64,000 bases of DNA, taken from contig CM119268.1 of the NCBI GenBank assembly GCA_051294375.1, positions 4,313,837-4,377,836 of the forward strand. The letters are read 5' to 3'. Shown here one piece after another: positions 12,909 to 26,744 of this stretch (position 1 is the first letter of the stretch; every line of letters begins with the position of its first letter). This DNA comes from Paraspadella gotoi (lineage: Eukaryota > Animalia > Chaetognatha). The position numbers and the translations under genes are program-made. The notes under the pieces are model-generated. The model did no database searches. It was not told the DNA's origin and worked only from the letters and a program-made list of their open reading frames with translations.

Positions 12909-15576
12909 GAGAGAGAGGGTAAGAGATGAGAGAGAGAGAAAGACTCACCCCGGCTGTGACAAGCTGCACGTTATCATCCTCCCATTTTTTTGTGACGACA
13001 CGTCTTTGAGGCTTCAATTCTAGACGAGAACTGAAAGTCGAAAAAAGGAAAGTTTTTAAACAAATCGTCAAAAAATCTACGTTTAGAAGTTACACAAATA
13101 CTAAACATAATATTGTTAATTGCTAGGTCTGGTAGAGAAAAAATCTTTCGTACAGACTTTAACGAAAATCTGGACAAAAGGCTATCGTACTTCGTTGGTC
13201 AAACCGATATATATAAGATTCCATTCATTGATAAATATTTAAATTAGCTATCCTGCCACTGACTTATCGTACTTTCGTTGGACAACCGATATATATAAGA
13301 TCNNNNNNNNNNNNNNNNNNNNNNNNNATATAAGATCCATTCATTGAATAAATATTTAAATTAGCTAACCTGCCACTGACTTGTTGGATTAAGGCCTCCA
13401 TTCCTCTTAGTCTTATAAGACATATAAGAGAGAGATTGATACCGAATGCCCGCCTCTAACTTTAAACTCCTTCCGTCTTCCCCGTTGCATATTTTGACTG
13501 GAGAATCTCGAAAATCCCTCGAGTGAGGCCAACATATGGCTTTTCACTCTGTAGTGAGGAGCCGATATGGGGCCAAAATCTGAAAAAGCTATATTTTAAG
13601 CTGAAAATTAACCTTTTATATATTAAATGTAGTTTTTCTAATTTTTAACCCACTTAATGAAAGAAGCTTGGTACAGACTGAGACGGCCTTGTCATGTCGA
13701 CGCGCGCTAAGCTCGGTAAAGACTGTCGTGAAAAGGAGGTCATGAGGGCGAGATTTCGGATTTCGCTGGCGCCACAGTGACGTTGACGATTGCAGAAAAA
13801 CTTGATAAGTGGCAAGATCACTGACAAAGTGTTCTTAACCCAATTGCAGAATTGATACAATGTCGCACGGAATAAATATTTGCCTCAAAAAACTGGAAAG
13901 TTTAACAAATCGAAAGCGCTGAATGCCTCGCGTCATTATGGGTTAAATGACGAATTCATGATAGGTGAAACATCGCGTGGTTTTACGATAACACGTAGGT
14001 TAATCGGATAATCAGTTTATCAGCTATCAGGCCGTTATCTTCCAGTTGCTGTCTTTGAGTAATCGGCAACTGCAGACATTTACCTACATTAGTCCTATGC
14101 GTTCGCAGACATTTACGGATAGAAAGTCGCCTACAGTTTTAGCCAATTACAGGAGCCAAGACGTCGGCTTCGTTACGCGACAGAAACCCAGAATAAGCGT
14201 CAACAAACAAAAGGAAAATCTCTTTTAACTGATAGCGCCGCGTGTCGCTGAACCACGATTTTTTAAACCGGGGAGTCGCTTTATCGGTTAATCAGTTTAT
14301 CAGCTAAGAGGCGTGATCTTCCCCGGCATCTGACTAAATAAAAAAAAATACAAAGATGCTAAATATTTAAAAATATTCACATCGGAGGTGAAACCATTTT
14401 GTATCTCGAACAAACAATTGTAAACAATAAAAAAAGAATAACCAAAAAAAATGGTGCAATATAATTTTATTGCAATGACATCGATGGTTGTTTTCCAACG
14501 ACCAACAGCAAGAATTAAAAACGAAATGGCGACCATCAACGACGTCATTATTCTAACAAGCCCCCCCCCCCAAAAAAAAAAACACCTCAGAACCAACTCA
14601 TCAGGCACGGTGATTTATTTTGTTAGGTGACCGTCAGGCGACAGCCAGGCCTGGAGTCCGGCTACTTCCAGGCGTCGAGCCAGGCGCCCGCCAGGCGTCG
14701 AGTCAGGCGACGGAGATTCAGCGTCGAACCAGAGGCGCAATTTTCCTCCAACGCAGTTTTTTTCGTCACGAATTAGTCATTTGTCTCCGCAATCGCGAGA
14801 AACCCTTTTTTGTTTTTCCCTTTTAATTTATGCCTTCGCCGCGGCAGCCTCCGCCGCATCAGCCGCTGCATCCGCCGCCGCCGGCACTTTGGTTTTACTG
14901 CGTCAACGTGGACGCGACCGAACGTCATCGCCGCTGCTGATGGAATTTTGCAGGGTGGTGCTTATAATTTGAGCCTCTGTGCGCGCCGACGCCGCCGCCG
15001 CTGACGCCGACGTTGTGCCACTTAAAACCGGCGACAGACAAAGAAACCCTTCTTTTTCTCGATTATAGAGATCGTCACGAGTGAAGTGTTGTGCTCGCTC
15101 TCTCTCTCTCGCCGAAAAATGTTTCCCACCCAAGAACCGACCTGTCCCAAATAAACGCGTCCAATTTGCACTTTGTTGCGTTCGAATTCTTTGATTTCTC
15201 CTCGCAGGGCGCCTTCAGCGCCTCGATGGCCTGGCGGATTAAGTTGGTAAAAAATTGTAACGTTATCATATTTCGGTTAAAAGTGTATTTTATTTCATTT
15301 TATTCGTTTTCTTTAATTAGTCTGAAACAATACATGCAAATAGGGCAAACAGAGTAACAGATACGTATAAAAATTATAGTTTTACAAATTAATTTAATTT
15401 TATAATATCTCACTTGATCCACAGTTTCAAAATTTCGAGCTTCCATCGTTCGATGCATTGTGCTGTGCGCTTGTCGTTTAAAGTATTGTTCTACGGCACT
15501 GTTTCTGACTGTGGCGTATCGGAAGTTATCCTGAGAGGAAGAAAAACGAAAAAATGGTGGCAGAGAGAGAGAGAGA

Positions 15577-15657
<81 letters not shown>

Positions 15658-17024
15658 AAGAGATATATAGAGGGAAAAGAGAGAGTGAGACATAAAATAA
15701 AGAGAGAGAGAGAAAGAGAGAGACAGACAGACAGACCTGAGGGTTTCGAAGTCGAGGGTCGTTTATGCCAGAAATTTGCGAAGTTGGCGTGCGATCCAAC
15801 ACGAGGAAAGCAGCTGAGTAAAGAGAGAATGAAATAATGAATGAATGAATGAATGAATGAATGAATGAATGAATAATTGATTGAATGAATGAATTAATGA
15901 ATGAATGAATGAATGAATGAATGAATGAATGAATGATTTAATGAATGAATGAATGAATGAATGAATGAATGAATGAATGAATGAATGAGTGAGTGAATGA
16001 AGGAGTAAATGAATGAAAAAATGATTGAGTGAATAAATCAATGAATGAATCAATGAAATGAATTATATTTAATTCTTCCCGAAAAATAGTCCCATAACCA
16101 GAAATTTCGAGAGGAAAGAAAGATTTTAAAAAAATGAATCGATGATAACCATCCATTCAGAATTAATTTCACACATTAAAATTAAACCTCAAATTTAAGT
16201 TCCTATTTTTTTCCCTCCAAATGATTTCCATCTTTTTTTCGATTTTTTCTTCATTTCCAAAAGTCATGGGCGTCATTTCCGTCGTCGTCGTCGTCGTCGT
16301 CGTCGTCTTCTCCATTTTGATCAAAACTTCGTCTTCGATAAAAGATTCGACTTTTTTTTTCCTCCCATAGAAATTTTTCGTAATCATTCTTTGCCAAATC
16401 CTATCCAGGTCCCAACTCTCAATTATTCTGGTCTGCACTCCCTACCATCCAGGTCAACACCCTCAACCATTCAGGTCAGCTTTTCCTCACATCCAGGGCC
16501 GACACACCAAACCCTTCAAATCCTAAATCACTGTGGATAAGGCGCCAAGTGACTGCAAAGTGAAAACTACTATCCGTATCTTCCGTGCCCCCTCACTGAG
16601 ACCCTCAGCAACATTGGTTTTTCAGGCCCCCAAGGCGGCTTACGGCCGCCCTCACGCTGACGGGATTACACCGGGTCACGACTGAAGGTGTCATGCTTAT
16701 AGGCGGAGTGAACTGATAGCAATATCCGACTGCATCTATTACCGCAACCCTTACCCTCCAGGTCGGCAATCCTTATCTTCCGAGTCCGCAACCCTTACCA
16801 ACCAGGTCCGCAACCCTTGCCGTCCAGGTCCGCAATCTTTATCTTCCGAGTCCGCGACCCTTGCCGTTCAGGTCCGCACCCCAAAGTCCCAAACCATCCA
16901 ATCTTACGCATTCCAACGCAACGCAATTCATCAGAAGGCAATACAATGCAATGCCACCACAATGCCACTCATCTCTCTTAAGTGATTCCGTTCTTCCGTT
17001 TTCCCGCCATTTTAAATTTTCAGG

Positions 17025-17059
<35 letters not shown>

Positions 17060-17168
17060 ACCCCGAAATCTTTTCTTTTTTACTTCGCAAATCCCCGACC
17101 AACTTTTTTTTCTGGCTTCCGAGTCTTAACCTCAGGAGACATCAAAATAAAGTGAAAGAGGGAGAGAG

Positions 17169-17267
<99 letters not shown>

Positions 17268-17625
17268 GCCCGCAAAGTTCCAACGCCGAAAGACTCTTTC
17301 AACGGGTGGATTAAATTGCTTGGGCCGGAGCTTGCCTAAAAGATTATGACAAGAATTTTCTTTGCCTAATTATATTTTTTAGCTCATGAGCAAATTTGAA
17401 GAAATAAAAATGAAAGTTTAAACCTTTTGTGGATCTTTTGTCTTTATCAAGTAAATCCGCAATAATTAAAAAATCGGAAATACAACAGCTTTATAAATAC
17501 TAGCAAAACCGAAACGACAACGACAACAACAACAACAAGGACGACGACGACGATGCTCGGCTATTCAGCGCCGACGAACCAACACGCGCTTCTCTCCTTC
17601 GCTCATTTACGTCGAGTCCGTCATC

Positions 17626-17676
<51 letters not shown>

Positions 17677-18744
17677 TCTCTCTCTCTCGTCCATTCTCTC
17701 CTTTTCAAATTTACCTCCCGATTCCTTCTACCGAATCTTTTCCCACTTGTAATTTTTTAATCCATTTTTTATTTCTTTCCTTTTTCCTTTTCTTTTTCTT
17801 TCAACCTTTCATCACTCCTCTTCCTTCCTCCTTTTCCTCCCCTCTCATCTTCTCCTCCTCCACCTCCTCCTCTTCCTCCCCCTTTCTTCCTCCGAGTTTC
17901 CGGCCGGAAAACACGAAAATTCGGCGCCGACAGAAAATTCCGGATTCGCCTCACGTTTTTCCGGTGCGCGCGATTTCGAGGCCGCAGCCCAGCGACCGGG
18001 CTTAGCGCGGTGGGCTCGGGGCGCCAAAAGGCCGGGCGCCCAAGGACCTAATGACGGGCGCCCAGGTGGCTCCCAGGGCAGCGGCGTTTGGCGCCCAAAG
18101 CCTAGGATGAGACGAAACGATGGATGGATGGACGTCATTTTTTTAGATATGACGTCGGCTTTATCAACTAACAAAATTGAAGAATTTTAAAAATCGAATG
18201 ACATCAAATTTTTTGGTAAATTAATCTGGAGTTTAACGGTTGCGCCCAAGTGAACTTTGTATGTGTTTACATTTTCAGATTATCAAGTGACTTTATACCT
18301 TTATACCTTTATACCTCAATACAAATTGGTCAAGTATTTATACTCTACAATCGGATAATCGACACGGGCTCGTTTTCCGATGGCATGAAGCCCGTCTTCT
18401 CATAGGTTGATTCCCGAGGTTGATTCATCCAATCGGAGAGTCCTTGGTGGATTTCATCCGAGTCGCGGATTCGATTCCATTCTTGGTTCCGATTCCATCT
18501 GCGATGCCTTTATACAGCACATTGTATATTTTGTATGAAATACTACCGCTACAATATGAACTTAATATCGTAATATTGTAATAATGTTGAATAAATAAGA
18601 GAGAAAGAGAAAAATCGTTGAAATTTTACATCTCGAAATCACAAATCGTTAGTTAATTGTCGGTGATAGAATTTTTGCAAATAATGTGTTCAATTTATTT
18701 TCATGAAAGAAGGAAACAAATGGAATAGTGACCTAAAAAAGAAG

Positions 18745-18778
<34 letters not shown>

Positions 18779-21700
18779 GGGTTGTAGAAGAAGTTTTCCG
18801 TCTCTCTACGCCCGCTCCAAGTAATATCAGTTGGTCCAGGAAAGGCTCGGCTAAATACCGCAACCGACAAGGCATCCACTGACTCTATATCATGAGTATA
18901 ATCTCGAAGACAATGTAAGAGAAATCATAGAAGTAAATCGAAGTATAATTCTAAAGAATGCTCAATAATCCGACATATAATCCAGTAATAATTCGTTAAA
19001 GCCAGTGTAAAATGCCGTAGGAAAATGGTTAAAATAGCCGAGGGAAAATCGCTCAACGAGCGAATCTATCAAACTGAATTCGTGATCCAAAGTCTGACTG
19101 AGGTTGACCGGGGGAGAAGAGGAGAGAGCTTGAGAGAGATATCTCAGTCTCTCTCGGTCCACAAACTATCTGTGGCCACTGGTTCTCTTTCACCCCCACT
19201 CACTTTTCAAGTGACCACAAAGGCCACACAGGACCAGTGGTCAATCACGGGAGGTCTCATCAATCATGTTTCCCTCGGTAATGGCTACAAGATTCAAAAT
19301 CTAATGACTAGATAAAAGGTTTGACCAACTAAACACCATGATCTGGTGAAAAACTAAAAAAGGGCCATTTCCTCCCGTTTCAGTTTGACGCTATGATCCA
19401 CATTTCAGGCTTCCATTCGTGGCGCTCCTTTTTGTTCCAGTTTCTGAAGTTCCTCCAGAGGCCCCCGGCGATGTTGCTGTTCTTGAATCGCATCATGCAC
19501 CGGCCTGCTGTCCGTTTCTTCTTCGCGTCGCGTCATAGTTCAGATTTGTTTCTTTAAAAGAAAGGTTAATGGGAAACAAGAGCAGTCGGTTTTTTCTAAA
19601 ATGTTTTGTTTCAACAATCATTCAAATCAATTTCATTTCAAAATCAATCTTGTGTCATTCAAACCAATTAAATTACCAAAATATTTCATTCTAAAACAAA
19701 TACACATCCCCCCGTTAATTCTTTTCCGACGTCCGCCTGACGTCGGCCGTTGTCTGCGTGTTCTTTTGTTCAATTGTGCTCGTTCCAGCTCGTGATCATG
19801 AGGGAGTCATACATAGAACGATCTGATAAACTCAAAAGACAGTGAGGGGAAAGAAAGATGTAAAAATTAATAAAGATTTAGCAATATCTTTTCATACATG
19901 TAAACTATGTAATGTTTATATTCGTTTCAAAAATTTATTCTAAATTCCCTTTTATGAGAGTTATCTCGTTCTAAAAAAATGAAACATTCATTTATGGCCT
20001 AAATACGTCCACACCTGTGTTTGAAGTCAATATGGAAATTTCGATCCTTTCAGTCACAAAATATTCGGACAATGCTTAGGTGGCAGCTCATACTTTTCAA
20101 TTAGGGATGATAACCCAGTCTGTGTCAAAGGTCAGTAATTCATTCAAGGATACAATCAATGATGAATGATTTCCAATCAGATAATTTGATAATCCAATCA
20201 AAATTCAAAAGGTTCTTCCAATTCTTGAGGTTCCTAGATTCGTAGTTTCATAATTCATAAGAACCATAAAAAATGTTTTCATCCAGAAGGGTATCAAATA
20301 ACTTCCCCACGCCATGGCATTGAAAGATAAATGTCGTAAACATGTAAATTTCAACATCCATGAAGCGGTAAACAGCCACCAAAAGTATTTTTTTTAAAAT
20401 AAAATTATTCTTTATTTACTTGTTTATATTTAATGATACTAATGAATTCTTAGAAGCACCTATCTACCGGCCGAATAGATAAGCATTTCATAAATAAAAT
20501 ATAGATATTTAATGAAATAGAAATTACAACTAAATTATAATTAATCATTCATTAATTAATCATCAACATTCATTAATCATCACATTTTAGCGGCCATGTC
20601 CAAAAATTGAACCTCTCATTCATACGGCTGCAACCAAAAATTGATTGCATCGCCGTAGCAAAGGTTCCCATTGCTGGCTGCTAAAGCATTCATTTGACAA
20701 CGGTCGCCTGCAGAATTCGGCTGCGTTGCCGCGTGGTCGCCTCCTGAAATAGGCTGCGGTGCCGGGCGGTCGGCCTCCTGAATTTTCCCTGCGTCGCCGT
20801 AGTTGGAATTTTTGGCTGCGTTGGCGTCGATTCCATGCCTCCTCTAAGAGATTGCAATAAGAATCAACGCTCGCCTCCTGCTCTATAACGAGTGATGAGC
20901 CAATATTGAGTCGGCCTTAAATAAATTCTTTTGGTTCAATAGTCTAGTTTTTCCTTTAACTTTATGAAATCTTAATGAACGATTATTTGCGAAAATCGGC
21001 TGCGTTGGCGCTCGGCCGCCTCCAAAGAATGGCTGCGTTACCGGGCGGGGCCGCCTCCTGAGCTCGCCTGATCATAGGTCGTTGTCTGTTGAATAAGGCT
21101 TATGGTTGGCTAGTTCGCTAGTTGACATTGCGATTCCCTAGTATGGATGGCAATGTCCTAACAATTTTCTCTTGCTTAGTGAATTGACTTGACATGTGAA
21201 GCCTCTCCATCAAAATTCTATTCTTTCCTAATTCGTGTTTTTGTGCTTAATTGGACATCAACCCAATTAAAAAGCTCATCAAAGGTCAAACACACATCAC
21301 ATAAAACTATGATCTCGTCCCTATTGGAACTCGTATCATAGTACTGATTTTCCTCTATCCTCCTTCCTATCACACTCCATAGCCCCCAACTTGATTGGCA
21401 GTTCTTCTGTTTTCTTGTTCTTCTTTGTTTTTCTTAAATACATCATGAAGAATGGTATGATGTTTCTTGTCCGCATGCTTTGCATATTTCTTGTGAATGA
21501 CAATCTTTTGCAAGATGCCCTTTTCTGACACATTTAAAACACAATCCTTCCTTGTATGCAACATTTGCTCTTGATTTGGAATCAATTTTCTTGAAAAGCT
21601 ATGCAACTCTCTATATAATGTTTTTCTTTGCAATGATAGCAACAATGCTTTTTCTTACCCATACCTGTTTTTTCAGTTTCAATTTGATTGTTCTTTTCTT

Positions 21701-23821
21701 TCGGTGGAACGAAGTGCCAAATGAAATTCGGGGTTTCAACATTCACAAACTGTACCCCCACCACTTGAGGTTTCTTGGGCGAAGAAATAGCAATAGGTAT
21801 TGGTGGTTCAGATGTTAATTCGGTCGCCCCCACCACTTAGAATGGTGCAGAGAGAAGAGTCGAATTTTTCTTTCTTTCATTTTCGAGTTCTTCTTTTGTA
21901 GAATCGAGTTCTTCCTCTGAGTTGCTTAATTTCAGTTTCATAATTTTCTTTTATTTCAATTAAGCCTCAGAGACAGCTCTTTTGATCACTACATCATTTA
22001 TCCTGGTTTCCTTCAATTGGCAAACTTCAGTCTTCAGTTCATCAAAACTATATTTCCAAGCATCATTCATCTGCTCTAATCTTTCAAAGAATAGAGCTGA
22101 CTGAATAGTCACAGAGGAGTTTGGACTAGAGGAAATAGAAGCCAAATTCATTTTTTCATTCTTTCCTAACACACTTTCCCGTTCTTCTTTTCTTCTGGAG
22201 CTTGGTCCCTCCAGAATAGACTGGGGCCTCACCAATGGTCTCTTGCAAGAAGAATGGTGTCATCTGGGAAGAGAGTTTGCGGCCATTTTGCAATCTTCTT
22301 GCTTTGCACGAAGGTCGTTGAAAAGTTTCGTGAAGCAAGTGTTGGTTTTTCTTTGAGGCCCAGTTCACGGTATCGGCGAATATCAACTTTCCAATGTCTT
22401 GCACCGCCTTTCGTAATCCGTTAAGGCGTGCAATCCTTTGTGTCAATTACGTGTAAATCATTGAGGGACATCTCGAAAAGAGAAAAACGAAAAGGATTAG
22501 GAAAAGTTTTAAAAAATATCAAACAAAATCAAAGATCAGAAATCAAATTCGAATTAATTCAATCAAACCATTTAATTCCAAATTCCAAATCATAATTGAT
22601 AAAATTAAAAGTTTATAAATAAAAAGCGTAACTCTCTAATTTAAACTTCAATAAATCATTGTTTATCGGTTTCTTTTTATTCTGTCTCAATTCTTTAAAA
22701 TTTAATTTTGTTTCGTAATTTCGTAATTTCTTGCAAAGAGTGATATGCAGAAAATCGACTCAATCCAAGAAACCGACAATCAATGTTAAAAATTCGAATT
22801 CTTTCTAAATAATTAAGATCAATCATTAATCAGATGAGATCAATCATTCATATCAAATAAAACAATAATCGATTCATTCATCATCATGCGACACATCACT
22901 TGGACTCACCGTGCTTAACGTCCCGGTTGTTTGTAGAAAGGCGTGACCCCATCTGCAATTCAGGCGTTAATTCATATCAACTGAATCACCTGAAGAAGCG
23001 ATGCTGTTTTCCGAAGTGGAAACCATTTTCCTACTGGTAGAGAAGTTTCCGTCTCTCTACGCAGCCGCTCCAAGTAATATCAGTTGGTCCAGGAAAGGCT
23101 CGGCTAAATACCCCGCAAACCGACAAGGCATCCACTGACTCTATATCATGATATAATCTCGAAGACAATGTAAGAGAAATCATAGAGTAAATCGAAGTAT
23201 AATTCTAAAGAAATGCATCAATATATCCGACATATAATCCAGTAATAATTCGTTAAAGCCAGTGTAAAATGCCGTAGGAAAATGGTTAAAATACCGAGGG
23301 AAAATCGTCCAAGCGAGCGGAATCTATCAAACTGAATTCGTGATCAAAGTCTGACTGAGGTTGAACCGGGGGAGAAGAGGAGAGAGCTTGAGAGAGATAT
23401 CTCAGTCTCTCTCGGTCCACAAACTATCTGTGGCCACTGGTTCCTCTTTCAAAGGTAATCATTGTCCCGAGACAAGAGACTAAATTGAGCTGGAATGGGA
23501 AGCTTGTTTCCACGAAAATTTTCTCTCGTTACACGCTTACTCATCACGTCGCTTTCCCCACCTTCGCTTTCCACCCAATGACCTTACCCCATCTCTTCTT
23601 CATCTTACCACCATTAAATGTTAACCACTATTAACCATTAACCATTTCTATTCCTTTTTTTCGCTACTTCCCCATCGCGAGATTACATTCTCTCCGCGTC
23701 ACGCGTTCCTGTCGTTCACCTTTAAGCGAAAAAAAAGGATTCTTTTTTGGTCGTCTCGCATCTTTCTCTCTCTCTCTCTCTTCTTCTCTCTCTCTCACCT
23801 CTCTCTCTCTCTCTCTCCTTC

Positions 23822-23864
<43 letters not shown>

Positions 23865-24777
23865 CTCATATAATCTCTTTTCCGCCTCATAGCTCTTCCC
23901 TCTCTCTCTCTCTCTTTCTTTCTCTCTCTCTCTCACACCCTTCCTCTCTCTCTTCAAAGAGGCTCTCTTTTCCTCATTGTCTCTACGCCTCTCTCTCCTC
24001 TCTCTCACTCGTCTCTCTCTCTCTCTCTCATCTCTTCTCTCCATCATAATTCTTTTGCCCTCATAGTCTCTTCCCCTCTCTCTCTCTCTCTATCTTTCTC
24101 TCTCTCTCTCACACCACCCCTTCTCTCTCTCTCTCAAAGGCTCTCTTTTCCCTCATTGTCTTCTACCTCCCTTTCTCTCCTCTCTCTCTCCCTCTTCTCT
24201 CGTCTCTCTCTCTTCTTCTCTCTCATCATCTCTTCTCTCTCTCTCTCTTCTCTCCCTCTCTCTCTTCTCGTCTTTCTCATCCCTCTGTATCGTCTCCCTC
24301 TCTGTCTCTCTCTCTCTCTCTCTGTATGTCTCTCTCTCCTCCTTAAAAAAGTAATTATTAGTAATAATAAATATTCCTTTCCAACCTTTTTTATTCCAAT
24401 CTTTCTTCATTAACCATTAACCATTAACCATTAACCATTCTTTTCTTTTCTTCCTCCTTTGCTCTCTACCTTCATCCTTTCTTTTTTCTCCTTCCTCCTT
24501 TCCTCTCATCTTTCCTCTTTTTTTCTCTCCTTCCTCCTATTCTCTCATCTTACCTCCTTTTTTCCTTCCTTCTTTCCTCCTAATCTTCCTCTTTTTATTT
24601 CCTTCCTCCTTTTAATCTTCTTTATTTCTTTTCTCTCCTTCCTCCTTTTTTCCTTCCTTCTTTCCTCTCAATCTTCCTCCCCCGATTCCCTTTCATAAAA
24701 AACAGCGTAAGAGGACTTTTACGTGAGGAACTAAGAAAAAAAAACTTTTTCTTTGGATTTTTGCCCGAGTGAATTTC

Positions 24778-24832
<55 letters not shown>

Positions 24833-25218
24833 TTGAGTTCTCTTTTTTCATTCACAGATGCACTTGTAATCATCTCTCCATTTGGTTTTATTTCTTTTCC
24901 TCTGAGTTCACTGCACAGTGCAAACTGCACACTGTGCGGTGTGCAGAAAACGGACAGATGGACAGAGGTTATTTTTTTCTTTTTAATTTAAAGTAAATAA
25001 TTTTTAGAATTTTTTTAAAAAAAAGATTAAAAAAATATTAATTTTTATCTTTATTATTATGATTATTATTTCTCACACCATAATTATTATCACCATCATC
25101 ATCATCACCATCATCATCATCATCCCTGCCTTAAATTAGGTCCATTTTCCCTAGGAAATCGTTTGTCTCCGATTCTGACGTCTCGATGTATGAGGGACGT
25201 CATCCAGCGCTGACAGCG

Positions 25219-25263
<45 letters not shown>

Positions 25264-25273
25264 CTCCTCTTCC

Positions 25274-25312
<39 letters not shown>

Positions 25313-25613
25313 AGAAACTTGCACCCACCGCCGCTTATAAATTTTACGAAGAAGACTTGGGAACTGATTAAATTTTTCCTCTTCTCTCTTCTCTTCCTTT
25401 ATAGTTCATGTCATATTTTTATAAATTCTTGATATTAAACACACTTCTCAAGATGATATATATATTTGTGAAAGTGTTTTATTACAAAAAACTGGAACGG
25501 TATATATAAAAAGAAAAAGAAGGAAAAGATAGAAAGATTTAAAGAATGAACCAAATATGAAAGAAAGAAAGAAAGAAAAAAAGAAAGAAAAAAAGAAAGA
25601 AAGAAAGAAAGAT

Positions 25614-25704
<91 letters not shown>

Positions 25705-26690
25705 AAAAAAGAGAGAAGATAATCAAAAAAAGAAAAGAAAATCCTCGGGATCTTGTTTTGTTTATTTCTAATTTGTTTTGTTTTTCTGTTTTGCCACTTT
25801 CTAAACCGCGGTCCAATCTCTACCTTTGTTTTGGAAGGCACCACCACGGCTCCACCTTAGATTAATTTCCAGTCCACCACGAGTCTTGTTCTTCCGTCGG
25901 AGTTTCTCGTAAAAAAAGTAAATTATTTCGGGGAAAGAACGAGGGGTTTAATCTTAACCGCAAACAGAAACATAAAAAGAAAGAAAAAAGAAAGAAGATT
26001 GAAAAAAAGGGAAAAAAAAACAGGAAAAAAAAGTAAGAAAGCAGAGGAAGAGAAAAAGAGAGAAAGTAGAAGAGAATAAATTGAAAGAGGAAAAAAAAAC
26101 AGCAAATGTAAAAATAAACAAAGAAACAAAAATGACGTAGAAACAAAATAAAATAAAAAACAAGAAGGGAGAAAGAAAGAAACGAAAGAAAGAAAGAAAG
26201 AAAAGAAAGAAAAACAAGGCGTGGAAATGAATTATTCTTAGAGTCGGGGGAAGGCTCGAAAAATTCGGTTAACTTACTAAAAAAAGAAAATGTTAAATAC
26301 CACGTTAAAAACTCATTTTCCACTCTCTCTCTCTCTCTCTCTTCTCTCCTCCTTCCTCGTCTCTCTCATCTCTCCTCTCTCTCTCTCTCCTCTTTCTCTC
26401 TCCGTCCTCCTTCGTCGAAGTCGAAAGAAAATGAATAAGGAAAGGGATATAATTAACAGTCGAAAAAAGAAAAAACTTTTCCTAGAAAAACAAAGATGGG
26501 GANNNNNNNNNNNNNNNNNNNNNNNNNGATCTTTAAAATTCTCATGTTTCATATCAATATTGGTATTTGTTTATGTTTTATTTACAAAACAAAAACGTTT
26601 TAATTATATGTCGCTCTCTCTCTCTCTTTTTCTCCGTCACTGCTTCTTCTAAAAACGAGTTCCGGCTCTGCAGCGTCTGTCCAACTTCTT

Positions 26691-26744
<54 letters not shown>

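Larger units (their letters stand above)
18783..23451 (-). mobile_element. Element A: non-autonomous LTR retrotransposon, 4.67 kb, BEL/Pao-type gag, no recognisable pol
   Basis: About 410-bp direct repeats with TG...CA ends, TSD-like flanks aagggt/aaggt, PPT-like purine tract next to the 3' LTR, triple Cys/His knuckle gag. Confidence 0.88.

Noticed and set aside
10797-13225. Tandem duplicated S2/M4 exons resembling AMPA flip/flop mutually exclusive exons
   Set aside because: Introns are as identical as exons, differences are mostly indels that frameshift the second copy, and it sits beside a gap; most likely an assembly artefact
16076-16120. ISGYGTIF peptide resembling GluN1 RSGYGIG
   Set aside because: The true exon is at 11506-11600; wrong order and no splice support here
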